In this document: positions 46,076-49,495 of the stretch, piece by piece
How positions within the stretch are numbered: the first letter of the stretch is position 1
How the letters are laid out: each line of letters opens with the position of its first letter
Origin: a virus
Lineage: Duplodnaviria; Caudoviricetes
Length of the DNA: 49,495 nucleotides
IMG/VR virus record: IMGVR_UViG_3300020042_001945
Coordinates: 1-49,495 of that record
Reading direction: 5' to 3' (one strand)
Notes under the pieces: model-generated
What the model saw: only the letters and a program-made list of their open reading frames with translations
Databases searched by the model: none
What the model was told of the DNA's origin: nothing
Made by a program: the position numbers and the translations under genes

Positions 46076-46259
46076 TTTGTTTCTTCCAAGTAATCAATTT
46101 CATAATCTAATATAAAGTCTGTATCCCACACATGCTGCTCTGGAGTATCTAATACTTGCTGCACAGCTTCTGATTTAGAAGATGCCTCTACTTCAATTTC
46201 AGCACATTGATAAACTGTACGGGTCATAACTATTGTAAATGTTTTCATTTTGTTTCTTC
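46061..46259. repeat. Perfect 26-bp junction direct repeat
   Basis: TGTAAATGTTTTCATTTTGTTTCTTC at 46061-46086 and 46234-46259. Confidence 0.95.
46072..46248 (-). CDS. Small acidic hypothetical protein
   Basis: MKTF.I......IEVEA.S..EA pattern. Confidence 0.7.
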   Translation of the reverse strand: MKTFTIVMTRTVYQCAEIEVEASSKSEAVQQVLDTPEQHVWDTDFILDYEIDYLEETK

Positions 46260-46475
46260 TATAAGTTGATTGATAACAAAGTCTATACTGTCCCATGTGA
46301 TGCCATAATTAGCATCGAAACCCTCTGCCACTCTTTGAAGTACACGGACACAATCATCATCAGTAAAAGACTCAGCCTCTTCAATGTTATTACATTCTAT
46401 GACATTGCGAACATCATCAATGCTCCAATCATCACGCAAAATATATTCATTGTTTTCAAATACTACTTTAGCCAT
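46245..46475 (-). CDS. Hypothetical protein
   Basis: W.IDDV...TDD....VL......DAN.GITWD.I; SD TAGGAG. Confidence 0.75.
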   Translation of the reverse strand: MAKVVFENNEYILRDDWSIDDVRNVIECNNIEEAESFTDDDCVRVLQRVAEGFDANYGITWDSIDFVINQLIEETK

Positions 46476-46493
46476 GTTAGTTGCTCCTAATAA

Positions 46494-47045
46494 TTAAATT
46501 GATGTTCCATGCCCTTGGCAGTCAGGGCAATCAGTCCAGACAGGGGACAGTTCTTCATCGAGGTCTATCTCAAAATGTTTGGCACATGTTTCGCATCCAT
46601 GAGTATCATTCCAAATAGACTCAGCTTCCTGTTCAACTTCACCCAAGGCGGCATAAAAACGCTTTGCATATTCCTCTGGTTCTTCGTCCAATTGATTGGC
46701 TTCGACTTCAATACTTTCTGTGCATTGGTCTACCCCTTCGACAATGCTGCCAACCATCATTGCAGTGACCAGCACTCCCTGTTGGTCTAAGTCTTTCCAA
46801 GTCCCAAGTTGGTGCAATGCGTCACTATGAACCCACTCGCTGACCAGTTTGTCAAAGGGAAAGTCATTGAATCCATCGGGTTCTATGGTCTTATAGTACT
46901 CGATTTGCATACTTAGATATGCACCACAAGCGGTGTATTTGTACACTTGGCGATAGAGTTCGGCGGGACTATCAGCATCGGGAAATGCAGCCTCAAAAAA
47001 TACATTGCTTAATTGGTCTTCGTGGGATTGTTCTGCTTTAGCCAT
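46494..47045 (-). CDS. Acidic hypothetical protein with Cys pairs
   Basis: VYKYTACGA, GSIVEGVD, C-terminal CETC...CPDC.G.G; SD TAGGAG. Confidence 0.75.
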   Translation of the reverse strand: MAKAEQSHEDQLSNVFFEAAFPDADSPAELYRQVYKYTACGAYLSMQIEYYKTIEPDGFNDFPFDKLVSEWVHSDALHQLGTWKDLDQQGVLVTAMMVGSIVEGVDQCTESIEVEANQLDEEPEEYAKRFYAALGEVEQEAESIWNDTHGCETCAKHFEIDLDEELSPVWTDCPDCQGHGTSI

Positions 47046-47062
47046 TTCATTTGCTCCTAATA

Positions 47063-47194
47063 TTAATTTTCGTTTAACCAAATAGCCTGTGCTTCTGCGA
47101 CAAGCCCTAAACATTCTTCATGCTCTACAGTATTGCCTTCAAGCAATAGTTTATACAGAACAATGAATGCTTCACTGATTTGTTTGTCGGTCAT
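47063..47194 (-). CDS. 43-aa hypothetical protein (not in ORF track)
   Basis: MTDKQISEAFIVLYKLLLEG...; SD TAGGAG. Confidence 0.6.
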   Translation of the reverse strand: MTDKQISEAFIVLYKLLLEGNTVEHEECLGLVAEAQAIWLNEN

Positions 47195-47195
47195 A

Positions 47196-47414
47196 TTACT
47201 TGCTCCTAATACGGGTTCTAACATGTGGGCTACCATCTAACATCTCACATGTTACATTAATGGCAGCGAGTATGTCATCCATAATATACTTACCAGCACC
47301 ATGATGTGGTTCATCAACAGAATGTATAGCCACTGTATATACAGCACCCTGTAACTCTGCCATTTCCCAAGTGTAGTAGTTGTCTACATTAAACATGTCG
47401 ATGTATGTTGTCAT
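47196..47414 (-). CDS. Hypothetical protein
   Basis: ATGA-coupled, SD GAGG. Confidence 0.6.
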   Translation of the reverse strand: MTTYIDMFNVDNYYTWEMAELQGAVYTVAIHSVDEPHHGAGKYIMDDILAAINVTCEMLDGSPHVRTRIRSK

Positions 47415-47632
47415 GCTTTCACCTCTTCAATATTAACTAGTTGAACAAACTGCCCTATAACACCATTCCAAAAGTATAAGCATGGGTCTAGGTTGAAACT
47501 CTCAGCACAGCGTACAGCTTCAGGGAATGTACGCTTGCTGCATATGGGTTGCCCATCTACAATGACGCTCCAGTTATTAAGATCATTATCAGCTGATTCA
47601 GAATAACTATAATAACATTTAGGTGTTTGCAT
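47411..47632 (-). CDS. Hypothetical protein
   Basis: SD AAGGA before ATG 47632. Confidence 0.6.
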   Translation of the reverse strand: MQTPKCYYSYSESADNDLNNWSVIVDGQPICSKRTFPEAVRCAESFNLDPCLYFWNGVIGQFVQLVNIEEVKA

Positions 47633-47930
47633 TTTGAAATCCTTGAAGAAAATAAAGAACATCTACCATATCCTCAGCAGATACATGCCACGCTGGTACT
47701 CTGCCATCTAAGCATAGTCCATTGGGGTATTGATAATATCCATACTTGTCTTGATTAAGTATAGTGGAGATATAATAGCGAGAAACAAACTGTCCATACT
47801 GAGTATGTGGATATCTACTATCGTAGAATTCTACCATCGGTGCTTTATCATTAGTAAGGCACATATTGAGGCCATATTGGTCGCCTGTATTGACGATGCG
47901 AACATTCCATTTACCTAATGCGAGTAACAT
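47619..47930 (-). CDS. Conserved phage hypothetical protein
   Basis: VRIV..GD.YG...CL......VEFYD....GQFVSRYY..T...GL.LDG.VP.W. Confidence 0.75.
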   Translation of the reverse strand: MLLALGKWNVRIVNTGDQYGLNMCLTNDKAPMVEFYDSRYPHTQYGQFVSRYYISTILNQDKYGYYQYPNGLCLDGRVPAWHVSAEDMVDVLYFLQGFQNANT

Positions 47931-47941
47931 AATTGTTTCCT

Positions 47942-48310
47942 TTAATAGATTAATCGTCTAGCCACAATACCCCTGCCAACAGCAACAGGTGTTTTATAAC
48001 GCACAGCATTGTCTAAGAAATACATATACTTACCTATGCTCTGTTTAATATAAAAGGGATTTCCTTTTTCTACCATGTGCATGTCTTCATAACTAGTGAA
48101 TATGCTTTCGCTATTAGTCCAACTAAAACCAGTGATAATAACTTCACCAATTGCAAATGCTTTACCCTCGCCTGTCCTGACAATTGCTATTCTCTCACCC
48201 ACATATGGATGCAAACTATTACTTTCCCTTGTTTCTATGGTTTTTAAACCATCAACAATTAAATCAGCAAAGGGTTTATCCTTCGTGTTTCTAACATTAA
48301 TGCCCATCAT
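47942..48310 (-). CDS. ASCH-domain protein
   Basis: PFADLIVDG.KTIETR is the ASCH GxKxxExR motif. Confidence 0.8.
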   Translation of the reverse strand: MMGINVRNTKDKPFADLIVDGLKTIETRESNSLHPYVGERIAIVRTGEGKAFAIGEVIITGFSWTNSESIFTSYEDMHMVEKGNPFYIKQSIGKYMYFLDNAVRYKTPVAVGRGIVARRLIY

Positions 48311-48323
48311 GATATGTTTCCTT

Positions 48324-48485
48324 TCAGAATATAGTGACTTGTTTGTCACCAGTTACAACCCACACGCTGATAATATCAGGGTGCATAGTAAGACCAACCC
48401 GATAAATGAAACTATACATTTCATTTTCATTGGTGAATGTCTGCTGCCAGACATGATTATTTTTAAATTTCCAATGTAATATCAT
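48324..48485 (-). CDS. 53-aa hypothetical protein (not in ORF track)
   Basis: MILHWKFKNNHVWQQTF...; SD AAAGGAAA. Confidence 0.55.
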   Translation of the reverse strand: MILHWKFKNNHVWQQTFTNENEMYSFIYRVGLTMHPDIISVWVVTGDKQVTIF

Positions 48486-48499
48486 GTGTTTGTTTCCTT

Positions 48500-48928
48500 T
48501 CAGGAATGTTTATAAACTGCAACCACTGACGAATTACTACGATTCAAACCCTTATCAATGACATGTCCACTAACTACTGCCAGCGCATGCCCTGTGATAA
48601 TAACAACATAACTACCATTGGCTAATGATGGTAATATACGCCCAAGGGTTATGCCTTTATATGCTGCAATATTAAGTCGCTTTGACATATGCTTTGCATT
48701 TTTTGTTGTGCCATATATACCCACAAGGGATAGTCCTGCACTAGTATATGCATCATGCCATACATAATTGGTGCAACCCCTTTTATCTTTCCTGCCATGT
48801 TTCTTTAATATAGTATGTGCATTACCATATACTATACCCGCACTATTTGCTAATGCTCTCACTGTACAATCCCGTTCTTCTGCGTGATTAATATATCCAG
48901 TGGTTAATGGTCTAATGTATTTATCCAT
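48500..48928 (-). CDS. Hypothetical protein with DC.VRA...H...D pattern (papain-like fold possible)
   Basis: RDCTVRALA...TGHALAV..G.VID; first gene of minus arm, SD AAAGGAAA. Confidence 0.65.
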   Translation of the reverse strand: MDKYIRPLTTGYINHAEERDCTVRALANSAGIVYGNAHTILKKHGRKDKRGCTNYVWHDAYTSAGLSLVGIYGTTKNAKHMSKRLNIAAYKGITLGRILPSLANGSYVVIITGHALAVVSGHVIDKGLNRSNSSVVAVYKHS

Positions 48929-49352
48929 TTGTTTGTTTCCTTTATGGAATAGTGCGCTATCGCACAAGCTTGATAAATATACTCTGCCCCATGCAAAATA
49001 TATTTGAAAGCTAGCGGGTTAATGCATACCGACCCCGATATACTATCCGCTATTTCCTATGTATATTTTCAATGCCATATACTAGGGCATAAAACATATT
49101 AACGCATATGCTTTTTGCGTAGGCCAATAAGATGTGCTTACACCACATCCCGACACCTAGAATAGATTTTTAAAGAACATTTTTGTTCACCACTATCAGC
49201 GAACAATTAAATTATCGGAGACATCCTACAGAAAAACCATAGGTGTTTACCCTTAGAACCTTCGTGTATGGTTTGCAAAACATTTGCGCTCCCGTCCACT
49301 ATGCATTTTTAATATGCTTTAATAAAACATAATGGTTTATGCCTTATTAAAA

Positions 49353-49495
49353 CATGCTGCCAGCTAGGTGCTGCCATGCTGCCAGCTAGGTGCTGCCATG
49401 CTGCCAGCTAGGTGCTGCCATGCTGCCAGCTAGGTGCTGCCATGCTGCCAGCTAGGTGCTGCCATGCTGCCAGCTAGGTGCTGCCATGCTGCCAG
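49353..49495. repeat. Perfect 22-bp tandem array, 6.5 copies, truncated by window end
   Basis: Unit CATGCTGCCAGCTAGGTGCTGC, no spacers. Confidence 0.97.

Noticed and set aside
32135-46259. Classical integron cassette array
   Set aside because: No attC-like imperfect inverted repeats or GTTRRRY cores; repeats are direct, overlap coding sequence and differ from each other.
49237-49254. Quasi-palindrome CCATAGGTGTTTACCCTT as an operator
   Set aside because: Only one copy noticed; cannot assign a regulator.
49353-49495. CRISPR array
   Set aside because: Units are contiguous and identical with no unique spacers; no cas genes.
1-49495. tRNA genes, introns/inteins in terL, nrdA or polB, and a phage RNA polymerase
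   Set aside because: No cloverleaf/T-loop signature seen in the few intergenic gaps; the core genes are uninterrupted and of normal length; no RNAP motifs recognised.

Overview
This window is a near-complete genome of a tailed dsDNA phage with podovirus-type morphogenesis genes and no phage RNA polymerase in view. It has two convergent arms meeting at a bidirectional terminator at about 26960-26990. The + arm (1-26958) carries a 5'-truncated terminase, portal, scaffold, major capsid, adaptor/nozzle, tail fibre plus Gly-rich adhesin, a cupin and a 2OG-Fe(II) oxygenase, a lysis block and large internal virion proteins. The - arm (26991-~48930) carries many small early genes, a DUF932-like gene, a tyrosine recombinase, T7-like primase-helicase/SSB/exonuclease paired with a family B DNA polymerase, an HNH nuclease, an RNA ligase-like gene and class Ia nrdAB. 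A perfect 22-bp tandem array runs off the right end. Most striking observations: (1) at least six small accessory genes are each bracketed by their own 15-27 bp direct repeat that duplicates an RBS + ATGA stop/start junction; (2) a T4-gpT-like holin sits next to a second, unrelated holin; (3) AxGG and GLxx[RK] peptide motifs recur across the internal virion proteins; (4) structured scaffold and capsid leaders share a YACCT/AGCC element; (5) CCWGG and CTGCAG appear strongly avoided. All family calls come from motif recognition by eye; no database search was run.
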